IMG/VR virus record: IMGVR_UViG_3300000053_000003
Span: 1 to 36,855 of that record
From: a virus
Strand: one strand, 5' to 3'
DNA length: 36,855 nt
Part shown: in pieces, positions 1 to 8,199 of the stretch
Layout of the letters: every line of letters starts with the position of its first letter
Numbering within the stretch: the stretch's first letter is position 1
Translations under genes and position numbers: made by a program
The notes under the pieces: model-generated
Seen by the model: the letters and a program-made list of their open reading frames with translations, nothing else
What the model was told of the DNA's origin: nothing
The model's database searches: none

Positions 1-44
1 TTCCCAAGCTCATGACGAGGGTTCGATTCCCTTCGCCCGCTCCA
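1..44 (+). tRNA. 3' portion of tRNA-Gly(CCC), from anticodon loop to CCA; the 5' half lies upstream of the window
   Basis: Reads TTCCCAA (anticodon loop, CCC at positions 34-36), GCTCA, short variable loop, GAGGG-TTCGATT-CCCTT T-arm, CGCCCGC acceptor strand, discriminator T, CCA. Confidence 0.8.
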
Positions 45-45
45 G
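1..45 (+). repeat. attL core (45-bp direct repeat, identical to 36811-36855)
   Basis: Exact match of ttcccaagctcatgacgagggttcgattcccttcgcccgctccag at both ends of the window. Confidence 0.9.
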
Positions 46-52
46 ATTCTAT

Positions 53-79
53 GGGGCCTCTATCGAGGCCCCTTTTTAT
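53..79 (+). terminator. Rho-independent terminator just after the tRNA 3' end, supplied by the phage arm
   Basis: GGGGCCTC-tatc-GAGGCCCC hairpin followed by TTTTTATTT. Confidence 0.75.
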
Positions 80-81
80 TT

Positions 82-135
82 GGTGACAGTAACGGCGACA
101 GTTACCGCCTCGCCGAGCCGCTGAAAACTGTCACC
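82..135. repeat. Candidate arm-type integrase binding sites (P' arm)
   Basis: GGTGACAGT at 82-90, GGCGACAGT at 94-102, inverted ACTGTCACC at 127-135. The same 9-mer recurs beside int at 36660-36681. Confidence 0.5.
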
Positions 136-209
136 AGCAGCACACTTTCCAACCATTTCCAGCGTCTAGGGTCTATGCAGAACATGCATTTTGAGGCCGC
201 AGAACAACC

Positions 210-911
210 ATGTGTGGACGTATCACGCAGTACCGATACCCGATTGAATACCTTGAAGCGCTCGGGCAGATGACGATCGATGGAGTAGATCCGGCTCCAA
301 TCGGGCGGTACAACGTGCCGCCACAATCGCGGGTGCAGTTGCTGCACCAGGACCAAGATGGGTTGCGCATGGACGGGGTGCGCTGGGGATACGCGCCGTT
401 CTGGGCGCAGGGGAAACGGCCGCCGGCGATCAATGCCAGGGTCGAGACAGCCGCGACAAGCAAGTTCTTCCGCGACATATGGAAAACCGGCCGGGCTATC
501 GTGCCAGCAGACGGCTGGTTCGAATGGAAAAAGGACGAGGCCAAGCCGAAGCTCAAGCAGCCCTATCTGATCAAGCTGGCCTCGGGCGAGCCGTGCTTCT
601 TTGCTGCGATCGGGCAATTCCAGCGCGGCAGCATGGGTGAGCTGAGGGATGACGACGGGTTCGTAATCATCACAGCAAGCAGCGGCGCGGGCATGCTCGA
701 CATCCACGACCGCCGCCCGCTTGTGCTGTCCCCGGAATGCGCAGCGCATTGGCTGGACCCGGAGCTATCCCCAGAGGAGGCCGAGGAGCTCGCACTGGAG
801 CACGGCCTTGGCGTCGATGAGTTCACCTGGTACCCGGTGCCGGCGGCCGTAGGCAATGTGCGAAACGAGGGAGCACACCTCATCGAGCGAATCAGCGACC
901 CGGTGCTGTAG
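210..911 (+). CDS. SOS-response-associated peptidase (SRAP/YedK/HMCES family)
   Basis: N-terminus is MCGR with the catalytic Cys at position 2. Typical SRAP blocks are present: RWGYAPFW, INARVETA, IVPADGWFEW, PYLI. Length 233 aa. Confidence 0.85.
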   Translation: MCGRITQYRYPIEYLEALGQMTIDGVDPAPIGRYNVPPQSRVQLLHQDQDGLRMDGVRWGYAPFWAQGKRPPAINARVETAATSKFFRDIWKTGRAIVPADGWFEWKKDEAKPKLKQPYLIKLASGEPCFFAAIGQFQRGSMGELRDDDGFVIITASSGAGMLDIHDRRPLVLSPECAAHWLDPELSPEEAEELALEHGLGVDEFTWYPVPAAVGNVRNEGAHLIERISDPVL

Positions 912-913
912 CC

Positions 914-1228
914 ATGTATGTATATGTCCGGCTGATGCGCGATCATGGCCGACCGATAGAACCGCGCAAGCGCCGAAGCACCCCGCCGATCTACGGGGAT
1001 GTGCGCATCGAGACCAGCCGAAGCGAGGATCTCGGGCGCCAGTCAGAGATCGCTCGGCTTGTGCAGAGCAACCCTCTGGAATCAAGCGTGATACCACAAC
1101 TGCTGGACGTAGCTCTCCATGGCATGAGCACCAACGGGTTCGTGCTGACTGGGTACGAAATCATCGACGGGGTTGCCTACGCGCAGTCCTGGTGGTGCCT
1201 GGCCGAGGATGGATCAGCGGACACCTAG
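914..1228 (+). CDS. Hypothetical protein, closely coupled to the SRAP gene
   Basis: ATG lies 3 nt after the SRAP stop. Third-position GC bias looks coding. No family recognised. Its 3' end converges on Rz with a 15-nt overlap. Confidence 0.4.
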   Translation: MYVYVRLMRDHGRPIEPRKRRSTPPIYGDVRIETSRSEDLGRQSEIARLVQSNPLESSVIPQLLDVALHGMSTNGFVLTGYEIIDGVAYAQSWWCLAEDGSADT

Positions 1229-1747
1229 AATCTGACGGGCCCATTCCTGCAGATAGGACAGCTTCGCCTGGTCATCGATCATTGACCGCCGGATATCCCA
1301 AACAGCGCGTCCAGCTGCTGCACTGAGTTCGAGGCTGGCTGCATCGCCCACGCTGCCGGAGCCGGTGGTGGCGGACACGATGGCGTCATTACGGGCGAGG
1401 GTGACTTCGATCCGCAGGCGGCGACGCTCATCGTCAGCAGAGCTATACAGACGCTCGAGGCGATCGTTTTCGGTAAGTGCATGGTTCAGTTTCTCGGTTG
1501 ATTGCTGGTCCGCCTTGGCCAGGCGCTGCTCGAGCGCGAGGCGGTCGGCCTGCTGCTTGAGGATCACCGCGGCATTGGCCTCGGCCACTTGACGTAGAAA
1601 CACCTGGTGCTCGACATCCTTGGCGGCCAGCTGCCTGCCGTAGGCGTTGCCCTGCCACTGCCACGCCCCTGCAGCAGAAAGCGCCATCAGCGCAAGCACA
1701 GCGGCTCCTGCTGCGATCAGCTTGTACTGCTTGAGCAGGGCAATCAT
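1214..1747 (-). CDS. Rz: Rz-like i-spanin
   Basis: N-terminal TM segment (LIAAGAAVLALMALSAAGAW) followed by a long coiled-coil periplasmic domain. ATGA overlap with the endolysin gene. A lipoprotein ORF is nested in another frame. Confidence 0.8.
   Translation of the reverse strand: MIALLKQYKLIAAGAAVLALMALSAAGAWQWQGNAYGRQLAAKDVEHQVFLRQVAEANAAVILKQQADRLALEQRLAKADQQSTEKLNHALTENDRLERLYSSADDERRRLRIEVTLARNDAIVSATTGSGSVGDAASLELSAAAGRAVWDIRRSMIDDQAKLSYLQEWARQILGVR
1279..1482 (-). CDS. Rz1: Rz1-like o-spanin lipoprotein, fully embedded in Rz
   Basis: Signal peptide with lipobox VAAC (MHLPKTIASSVCIALLTMSVAAC), then a Pro-rich mature part (SCPPPPAPAAW). Lies entirely inside 1214-1747 in a different frame. 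Confidence 0.75.
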   Translation of the reverse strand: MHLPKTIASSVCIALLTMSVAACGSKSPSPVMTPSCPPPPAPAAWAMQPASNSVQQLDALFGISGGQ

Positions 1748-2256
1748 CGCATCACCTCACGAACTGCAGCGGCGTAGTTCCGGCCCCACTTGGCGCGGAG
1801 CTCTGCGCGCTGCTCGGCAGTGCCGCGATCATATGCGCCAGGGCGCCACGTCTTCAGGTACAACCGCCAGCCTCCTTCCACGTCATCCTCGCTCGGCAGG
1901 CGGCCCGGATCGCTCCACAGCAGCAGGCGAGCCAGCCCAGCGGCGAGCACGTCGTCATGCTCAATAGCGTTCCAGATCGATCGATTGTCCGGCGCAACGC
2001 CGCGGGCCCGGTACAGCGCTGCGGCATAGTCTTCGGTCGCCTCATGGGTACGAACTCCGGCCACCATCCCGCCGCCGAGCTCACCCTGCCAGAATGACCG
2101 GGCCGGGCCGTTGCCCATCTGGCGACGGTGGACGAATCGGCTTTCCTGCAGGCCGATAGCCAACAGCATGATCTCAGCCTCTCGGCTCGACATTCGCGCA
2201 GGCAGCAGCGCGAGAGCGGGCGCTATGGCTCGCTCCCGTATTTCAGAGAGGGTCAT
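1744..2256 (-). CDS. Endolysin, lytic transglycosylase (SLT)-like
   Basis: Motif LLAIGLQESRF with the catalytic-type Glu-Ser. 170 aa. Located directly upstream of Rz/Rz1. Confidence 0.7.
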   Translation of the reverse strand: MTLSEIRERAIAPALALLPARMSSREAEIMLLAIGLQESRFVHRRQMGNGPARSFWQGELGGGMVAGVRTHEATEDYAAALYRARGVAPDNRSIWNAIEHDDVLAAGLARLLLWSDPGRLPSEDDVEGGWRLYLKTWRPGAYDRGTAEQRAELRAKWGRNYAAAVREVMR

Positions 2257-2274
2257 GGGAAATCCTTGGGCAAT

Positions 2275-2296
2275 AAAAAACCCCGCATTGGCGGGG
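2275..2296 (-). terminator. Rho-independent terminator after the acyltransferase moron
   Basis: On the minus strand: CCCCGC-caat-GCGGGG followed by TTTTTT. Sits between the acyltransferase stop (2315) and the endolysin start (2256). Confidence 0.75.
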
Positions 2297-2314
2297 CTGG
2301 TTTAGCTCTTCAGG

Positions 2315-3406
2315 TCATGGGCTTGCATGCGCAGCAGGTTCTCGTCTGCCGCCCCATGAGCGGCCCAAGCGGATGCCTGGCAGCTCGACGTATTTGTAGC
2401 TGAGCCAGGAGACTATAAGGGTCACGACAACACTTATAAGCACTACCCCTAAAGGATGCAGCCCAGTGCCGTGCACCAACCAGCTAACTACAGTCCTAAC
2501 AATCGGATGAAGCAGATAAAGGGAATAGGATATTAAGCCTAGGAGCGACAGGATTCTTCCAGGTAGAGAGTTAGATGCCCAATTTATTTGATAAACGCAG
2601 AACACCAGTATAAGAATCGCGCTACTGAGGTAGACGCGGTTCCATCCTTCAACGAGCTCTCCTCGCTCGCCTACCGAAGCGAGCGATAGCATGGCTATAG
2701 CTGCGGCTGCCGCGGCAATAAGCCAAGACCTGCCTAATTGCCGGGGCGCGCTCGTTAGACCGATAACCACACCCACCACAAAGAACAGCAGCTGGTTGGG
2801 ATTGCTGATGTAAAGGTTCCACGCATCCTGGCGTGACGCGCCGGCCATCGGTACATACCAAAAGCCCCACATCGCGAACAGAGTAAGCGAGACGGCGACA
2901 GCTACTAACATCAATCTTTTTGACTTCAAGGCCATCCAGAAAATTGCTGGAAAGCAGAGATAGAAGAAGACTTCGTTTCCGATCGACCACCCCCCTGTTA
3001 CGAGTGATTTGGAGGGGCCGAATAGGGAGAAAGCCAGCGTGTAATTTGCGACTAGATCGAACCAAGAAATTGACCGCGTGATCTCCAGAGACTGTTTGGT
3101 TAGCGCAACTGACGCAATGGTCAGGGTGATCGCCACCCAGTACAGCGGCGCAATTCTGAAGAATCGGCGCTTCAGGAAGTTGCCAATATCTGCCTTTGAG
3201 GCCATACGACCCTTATAGGCAATCGCAAGGCTGATCCCGCTGATCGCAAAAAAGGCCGACACACCATAGTAACCAAGGACACTCAACAGGCTATCAGGGG
3301 CCATCCAGCCGGAGAAAGACCAAGCGGTATAGTGATAGATCATGATGACTACGGCTAATACGCCGCGAAAATGATCTAGTGAATCGACCCTGGTTCCAGG
3401 CTGCAT
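2315..3406 (-). CDS. Acyltransferase family 3 membrane protein (OafA/Oac-like O-acetyltransferase), a lysogenic-conversion moron
   Basis: N-terminal LDHFRGVLAVVIMIYHY motif and about 10 hydrophobic segments across 363 aa. Visibly more AT-rich than the flanking genes. Confidence 0.8.
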   Translation of the reverse strand: MQPGTRVDSLDHFRGVLAVVIMIYHYTAWSFSGWMAPDSLLSVLGYYGVSAFFAISGISLAIAYKGRMASKADIGNFLKRRFFRIAPLYWVAITLTIASVALTKQSLEITRSISWFDLVANYTLAFSLFGPSKSLVTGGWSIGNEVFFYLCFPAIFWMALKSKRLMLVAVAVSLTLFAMWGFWYVPMAGASRQDAWNLYISNPNQLLFFVVGVVIGLTSAPRQLGRSWLIAAAAAAIAMLSLASVGERGELVEGWNRVYLSSAILILVFCVYQINWASNSLPGRILSLLGLISYSLYLLHPIVRTVVSWLVHGTGLHPLGVVLISVVVTLIVSWLSYKYVELPGIRLGRSWGGRREPAAHASP

Positions 3407-3447
3407 CTTAGAACTCCGTTACACCGCGCCTAGAATGGCAAGGCCTG

Positions 3448-3453
3448 ATTATA
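3448..3453 (-). promoter_or_regulatory. Candidate -10 box (TATAAT) for the acyltransferase moron
   Basis: Perfect TATAAT on the minus strand about 42 nt upstream of the ATG at 3406, overlapping the stop codon of the upstream gene. No convincing -35 found. Confidence 0.3.
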
Positions 3454-3853
3454 ACGGAGATGCGCCGCGAGAACCGCTAGCCGGCCAGGGATGCTCAGCC
3501 TGTATAGCCGCGTATCGAATCTTGCCGCGCTCTACAATTTCCTCCCACCCCGATTCACCCATTGACTGCATTCGTAGGGCTTCAGCGAAATATCGATCCG
3601 ACCCATGAAGCGGGTCCGCGTAGGCAAGCAAACGCGCCGCTTCTACCTGCCCTTCTGTTGGCGGCCCGTTCTCTGCTTGATCGACCAGCATCGGAAGACC
3701 GTGCTCGTCATGGACTCTTGTTTTTCCGAAAGATGGTGCGGCAATGACCTCCTCGAATCTCTGTTGCGAAATTTGGACGGCATCGGATGGAATATCGGAA
3801 TGCACCCCGGGAATGTAAGTACATCCTGTGGATTGGCTATAAAGTCGCGTCAT
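3449..3853 (-). CDS. Tail fibre assembly chaperone (Tfa/gpG-like)
   Basis: The pattern IPSDAVQISQQRFEEV...GKTRVHDEHGLPMLVD is typical of Tfa proteins. Located immediately downstream of the tail fibre gene. Confidence 0.7.
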   Translation of the reverse strand: MTRLYSQSTGCTYIPGVHSDIPSDAVQISQQRFEEVIAAPSFGKTRVHDEHGLPMLVDQAENGPPTEGQVEAARLLAYADPLHGSDRYFAEALRMQSMGESGWEEIVERGKIRYAAIQAEHPWPASGSRGASPL

Positions 3854-3867
3854 AATTCCCTCCCCGG

Positions 3868-4503
3868 TTAGTGTCCGATTGCTAGGTAAGCGAACGATCC
3901 GGCAGCGTAAAATGAGCTGCCCTGCGCTGAATAGAGCGTGAATCCTGTGGCTGTCTTCTGCGCGCCTAAAGTGGCTACTGTTGCGCTGGACGATGCGTCA
4001 TCTGTCAGTTGAAGCGTCAAGCAAGCCGTCGGAAAGGCGATTGGAAACGTAAAGGTTTGGCCTGATGTCGAGCCGCTGGCGCTTCCCCACTGTATGACGA
4101 GCCCACCTAGCCAAGACGGGAAAACGATATATCCGTTTGCTGTCAGGCTCGCCGAGAACCCCCACCGCAACTTCCGCGGCGTTACCGCTACGTCATCCAG
4201 CACGCCCGCGTCGACCTCGGCCTGCGTGCCAATGCGCAACGCGCCGCGCACCGACTCGGTAGCCTTCGCGACGACCGAGCGCACCACATTTAGCGCAATG
4301 GTCAGAATAGACGCGCGAATCTGGCCGTTGTCGGCTTCGTCGGGTTCTACGCCCGCTTCGGCCAGCACACCTAGCAGCTCGTCAGTAACGGCATTGCCCC
4401 AGCCGGCCGGAATCAGCGAGCCAGGGGTTCCGGTTACTTGGTCTTCGTCGACGAACTTTCCGTCGACCAGGCCCACGCCTGGCACACTCTTCGGGTAATC
4501 CAT
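3868..4503 (-). CDS. Tail fibre protein (short)
   Basis: Conserved N-terminus ([42 protein letters not shown]) and a Ser/Thr/Gly-rich beta C-terminal domain. Follows the baseplate genes. Confidence 0.75.
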   Translation of the reverse strand: MDYPKSVPGVGLVDGKFVDEDQVTGTPGSLIPAGWGNAVTDELLGVLAEAGVEPDEADNGQIRASILTIALNVVRSVVAKATESVRGALRIGTQAEVDAGVLDDVAVTPRKLRWGFSASLTANGYIVFPSWLGGLVIQWGSASGSTSGQTFTFPIAFPTACLTLQLTDDASSSATVATLGAQKTATGFTLYSAQGSSFYAAGSFAYLAIGH

Positions 4504-5105
4504 TATGGCGCCTCTTCGTACAGGATGTTTTCAAGGGTGTGCGCCGGAGCGGCGCGTCTGATCAGGCATTCGAGCGCGGTCGCCGGGTTGGCGCCGAAGC
4601 GCTCGCCCCAGTAGCTGACGCCGAAGCGGCGGCCACCAGAAAGGCGCTCGCCGGCGTACAGCGTCCACATGTGCTGTGCGGCCCAGGTGCCGAAGTGCGA
4701 ACGGCCGAAGCGCGCACGGCCGAAGCGCGGCGCGCGCCGCTCGATCACTCGGGCGTTGGCATAGCCCCGGCTGACTGCGATCTGCACGTACCGCGCCGAG
4801 GTCTGGCCGCCGAGTTCGGCGAATCGCTGGCGGATGGCGCGCTTGCGGTCCTCCAGCGCAGGGGACGGACCCAAGCACTGATCGGGCAGGTTCATCACCC
4901 GCTCCCAATCGGGCACCAGCTCATGCACGGTAAGCGGGTCGGCTTCGTTCACCAGGTCGTCAGCGCGCGTATGGGCGGATGCCAGGCCGGCGGCGAAGCC
5001 CGCAAGCAGCGCCTCGGGGAAGGCATCCACTTCCGGCTCCCATGCCGGCCCCGGAGGTAGCAATGCCGTCAGTTGCTGCCGGTAGTCGTCACTGCTCATA
5101 GCCAT
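4503..5105 (-). CDS. Mu gp48-like tail protein (DUF2313/YmfQ family)
   Basis: Motifs LLPPGPAW and [13 protein letters not shown]; 200 aa. Downstream of the baseplate J gene. Confidence 0.7.
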   Translation of the reverse strand: MAMSSDDYRQQLTALLPPGPAWEPEVDAFPEALLAGFAAGLASAHTRADDLVNEADPLTVHELVPDWERVMNLPDQCLGPSPALEDRKRAIRQRFAELGGQTSARYVQIAVSRGYANARVIERRAPRFGRARFGRSHFGTWAAQHMWTLYAGERLSGGRRFGVSYWGERFGANPATALECLIRRAAPAHTLENILYEEAP

Positions 5106-6163
5106 GTGATCGCCCCCATGACGGCGAACTCGCCGGTACCGAGAACCACGTCGGCGGCGGGTGCGCTCAACACATGGTCGGTTTCGCCGGCCACCTGGCT
5201 GATCGCTTCCTTGATGTGGCTCAGCAGCAGCGTGCCGCCCGGCTCGGACTCACGCCGCAGCAGATCAGCCAGGCTGCTGAGCACGCCCGCGCGGACCGCG
5301 GCCGTATCCGGAACGACGCGCAGGGTAAAGTCGACCGGCACCGCCACCGGCGCCACGACGTACACTTCGGCCGTAACCGGGCGCACCTGCTCGATGTAAG
5401 TGGCCACCGCCTCGAGCACCGCAGTGGTCGGTATCGGATCATCCAGGCGATCGCACACCAGCCGAACGGTGACCGTGCCCGGCCCAAGCTCGTGGCGGTA
5501 AACCCACGCCCGCGTCACGCTGGCATGGGCGGCGAGCGCCCAGCTTTCGTAATCGGCGCGACTGCCACCACGCGGCGGTTGACGCAGACGCATCAGCACC
5601 CGGGCGCGCAGCGACTCGACATCTTCCTGATCGGCACCGCCACTGAGCCCCGCTGCCGTCACCGCTGCCTGAGATTGAATACCGGCAATGGGCGAGATAA
5701 GCGTCAGCACATTCCCCGCTGCAAGGTTGCCCGCCGCACCCGCCTCCGCCGCCGTGACTGCCACCGCCTGGGTGGCGGCGGTGAGCGTTACCGCATCAAC
5801 GGGCCGGTAGATAACACCGGCCGCGGTCTGCCACTGGGCATCGACGTCGATTTGGCTGCCGACCACACCGGTTACCGTGAGCTCGCCGGTCGCGGCGCTG
5901 GCCGGTGCGTACCACAAGCCGAGCAGTCGCGCCCAGCGCTCGAGGCCGCCTTGCGCCGCCAAGTCAGGCAGGTACTGTTCGGCCTGCCATTCCAAGTAGG
6001 CATAGAGCCCATTGAGCCCTTCGGCCTGCACCCGGGCGAATACCTCGGCATCGTCGCGGCGCACATCGGAGAGGTCGAGCCGGCTCAGCAGGTCGGTGCG
6101 CTGTCGCGCGACCAGCGTCGCCATGGTTGGGCGAGAGAAACTGGTTTCAGCCACGGATTGCAC
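5096..6163 (-). CDS. Baseplate J-like protein (Mu gp47 family)
   Basis: Size, position between the gp46-like and gp48-like genes, and a baseplate_J-like sequence. Confidence 0.75.
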   Translation of the reverse strand: MQSVAETSFSRPTMATLVARQRTDLLSRLDLSDVRRDDAEVFARVQAEGLNGLYAYLEWQAEQYLPDLAAQGGLERWARLLGLWYAPASAATGELTVTGVVGSQIDVDAQWQTAAGVIYRPVDAVTLTAATQAVAVTAAEAGAAGNLAAGNVLTLISPIAGIQSQAAVTAAGLSGGADQEDVESLRARVLMRLRQPPRGGSRADYESWALAAHASVTRAWVYRHELGPGTVTVRLVCDRLDDPIPTTAVLEAVATYIEQVRPVTAEVYVVAPVAVPVDFTLRVVPDTAAVRAGVLSSLADLLRRESEPGGTLLLSHIKEAISQVAGETDHVLSAPAADVVLGTGEFAVMGAITWL

Positions 6164-6578
6164 TCCAGATGTCAGCGAAACGGATGTCCAGGCGTTGCCC
6201 GTCCGGCTGGTCGATCAGCACGCGCATGCCCAATGTGTCATTGCCGATGCGTTCTGCCTCTACGGTGACGCGGACGGCCAGGCCATCTTCGGTGAGCCAG
6301 GCAAGCGCCTCGCGCGCCAGATCTCGCGCCTTGGCAACGGTCGCGGCGGTGAGGGTTTCACGGCTCAGCAGCCAGAGGCGCGAGCCGAACCGATCCCCGG
6401 TGACTGGCGAATAGCTGTCGCCCCACCAGCCCATGCGCGGGCTTTCCGGGGTAGGCAGCTCATCGCCGGGGCGCGCCCGAGCCCAAGAAAACAGGCTGTT
6501 GATGACGGCCTTGGCCAGGCGCGTGTCCTGCAGCTTGCGGCCGGCGCCATCAAGGATCAGCGGGAAGTCGAAGCTCAT
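6147..6578 (-). CDS. Mu gp46-like baseplate protein
   Basis: 143 aa. Motifs GWWGD and GSRLWLL are typical of the GP46 family. Synteny supports the call. Confidence 0.7.
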   Translation of the reverse strand: MSFDFPLILDGAGRKLQDTRLAKAVINSLFSWARARPGDELPTPESPRMGWWGDSYSPVTGDRFGSRLWLLSRETLTAATVAKARDLAREALAWLTEDGLAVRVTVEAERIGNDTLGMRVLIDQPDGQRLDIRFADIWSAIRG

Positions 6579-7099
6579 AGCACGGCCCCCGTAGTGCCAC
6601 CGCTGTCACCGGCGTGGCGGTGCGATTCGTCGATGCGCTTGCCGTTCGCGGTCACGGTGCCGGTGAAGGTGGTATTGCCCGTGACCGCCAGATCGCCGGT
6701 CAGCGCGAGCCGGTCGCTCTGGATAGCCACCTCGGTGGCGGCGGTCATCTCGACGCGCCCGCCGTTACGCAGCACCACACAGGTGCCCTCGTGGTTGAAC
6801 AGGGCTACCTCGCCCGGGGCCAGGTCGACGGGGCGATAGCGCCGGTCCGTCTGCACCAAGGCAATGCCGTGGGTGCGGCTGCCATCAATGAAGGCCACCG
6901 CCGCCTCTGCACCTGGCAGCGCGTGCCCGGTGAGCCCGTACGGCTCGAACAGCTCAACGCCATCCTTCACCTCGCCGGCCAGCAGCTGCAGCTGCAGGGA
7001 CTGCAGCCGGTTCTGCTGCACGCCGGCCAGTACCGCGCGCGCGAGCAGGTTGCCGAGGCCACGCTGCATCTTTTCGCTGAGTCGTCGCATGCTGCTCAT
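6575..7099 (-). CDS. Baseplate assembly protein V / spike (Mu gp45-like)
   Basis: Block LQLQLLAGEVKDGVELFEPYG and the C-terminal H.H.G motif (ESHRHAGDSGGTTG). Synteny supports the call. Confidence 0.75.
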   Translation of the reverse strand: MSSMRRLSEKMQRGLGNLLARAVLAGVQQNRLQSLQLQLLAGEVKDGVELFEPYGLTGHALPGAEAAVAFIDGSRTHGIALVQTDRRYRPVDLAPGEVALFNHEGTCVVLRNGGRVEMTAATEVAIQSDRLALTGDLAVTGNTTFTGTVTANGKRIDESHRHAGDSGGTTGAVL

Positions 7100-8199
7100 C
7101 AGTTGAACTCCACCAGGGTTTCACCGGGCTGCAGGGAGAAGCCCCCGCTGCCCTTCTTCTTTTTGCCCTTGGGCTTGGGTACCTCGGGCAGCAGCTCGAA
7201 CGCTGCCACCGGCGCCACGGTCAGCGTGGCGATCGTTCCGGACTCGCTCTGGCTGTACTCGACTTCGGCGATGAGCATCTCCAGATCGAAACCGATCACC
7301 CCGTCGCGCACCTGTACCCGCTGATTCGGCAGCCACAGCGCGCCGTCGGCCTGGCGCCAGCCCTGGACGGTGTAGGTCGTCTGGTAACTCTTGCCGGCGC
7401 GGTAGGCCGCCTCCCAGCGCACGCGATCACGGCAGGCAGCGATATCGCCCTGCCCTTCTGCGCGCAGCTCGATGACGCGCCGGCGGGTGATGCTGGCATC
7501 GGTGACGCTGGCGGCCGACTGCGCGACCGCTGCGCCGAAGTCATGGTCATTCCCGGCGCGCTGCCCTTTGCAGATGTACTCGGAGAAGCGTTCCTTGAAG
7601 TCCAGCGAGGCCGAGCCGGTGAGGATGTTCACCCCGGTTTCCAGTGCGGTACCGGCGCGAAGCCGGCCTGCGCGGGTGAGGAGCTGCCGCCCCTCGCCAT
7701 CATCCGTGGCGAGCAGGGCCTTCTGGGTGATCAGCCGGTCAATGCTCTCGAACACCGTTTCGCCCGGCTCGAGCTGATGCTCGGCGATATTGCCCGGCTC
7801 GACCTCGGCCAGCACCGTGACGCCGTAGGGCGCCGCCAGCTCCTGCGCGATGCGCAGTACGTTCGCGCTGCGCCACTGGCCGGAGCGGTGCTGCGCGGCG
7901 CAGTCCACCAGGTCGGCGGTCTTGCTGCGGCCGTTGACTGATACCGTCACCTGCCCCGCCTCGTAGCTGATCGGCGTGGCGTCGATATAGCCGGTCAGCA
8001 TCTTGTCCGCCCCGAACCAGACTTCGCACAGGTCGCCGGGGCGAACCCGGCGAATCACTTCGTTACCTGGCCAGCGGTCGGTCACGGTGAGCGAAAAGTC
8101 GCGACACTGGCGCTCGATGCCGGCCGAGAGCCGTACCTCCTTCCAGCCCGCATGCTCGTGGCCGTTGACCACCAGCCGCACGCGTTCGGTTGCCTTCAT
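7099..8199 (-). CDS. Baseplate hub / late-control-D-like protein (Mu gp44 family)
   Basis: 366 aa. Sequence resembles gpD/gp44 proteins. Located between the gp43-like and gp45-like genes. Confidence 0.7.
   Translation of the reverse strand: MKATERVRLVVNGHEHAGWKEVRLSAGIERQCRDFSLTVTDRWPGNEVIRRVRPGDLCEVWFGADKMLTGYIDATPISYEAGQVTVSVNGRSKTADLVDCAAQHRSGQWRSANVLRIAQELAAPYGVTVLAEVEPGNIAEHQLEPGETVFESIDRLITQKALLATDDGEGRQLLTRAGRLRAGTALETGVNILTGSASLDFKERFSEYICKGQRAGNDHDFGAAVAQSAASVTDASITRRRVIELRAEGQGDIAACRDRVRWEAAYRAGKSYQTTYTVQGWRQADGALWLPNQRVQVRDGVIGFDLEMLIAEVEYSQSESGTIATLTVAPVAAFELLPEVPKPKGKKKKGSGGFSLQPGETLVEFN

Noticed and set aside
121-137. LexA/SOS box upstream of the SRAP gene (CTG...CAG)
   Set aside because: The CTG and CAG are separated by 11 nt rather than the 10 nt of the gammaproteobacterial CTG-N10-CAG box. 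The interior lacks the TA-rich core. The sequence is better explained as an inverted copy of the GGTGACAGT arm repeat.
2649-3065. 138-aa ORF nested inside the acyltransferase gene on the same strand
   Set aside because: It is an alternative frame of a clearly recognisable polytopic acyltransferase. It has no independent signals and is Arg/Ser-rich.
5174-6268. Long plus-strand ORF (364 aa) opposite the baseplate J gene. The same pattern applies to 12663-14255 (530 aa), 18637-19926 (429 aa), 20191-21870 (559 aa) and 24587-27196 (869 aa).
   Set aside because: These are antisense shadow ORFs, typical of high-GC DNA. Their translations are Arg/Ala/Gly/His/Pro-rich low-complexity strings. The opposite strand encodes recognisable, syntenic phage proteins.
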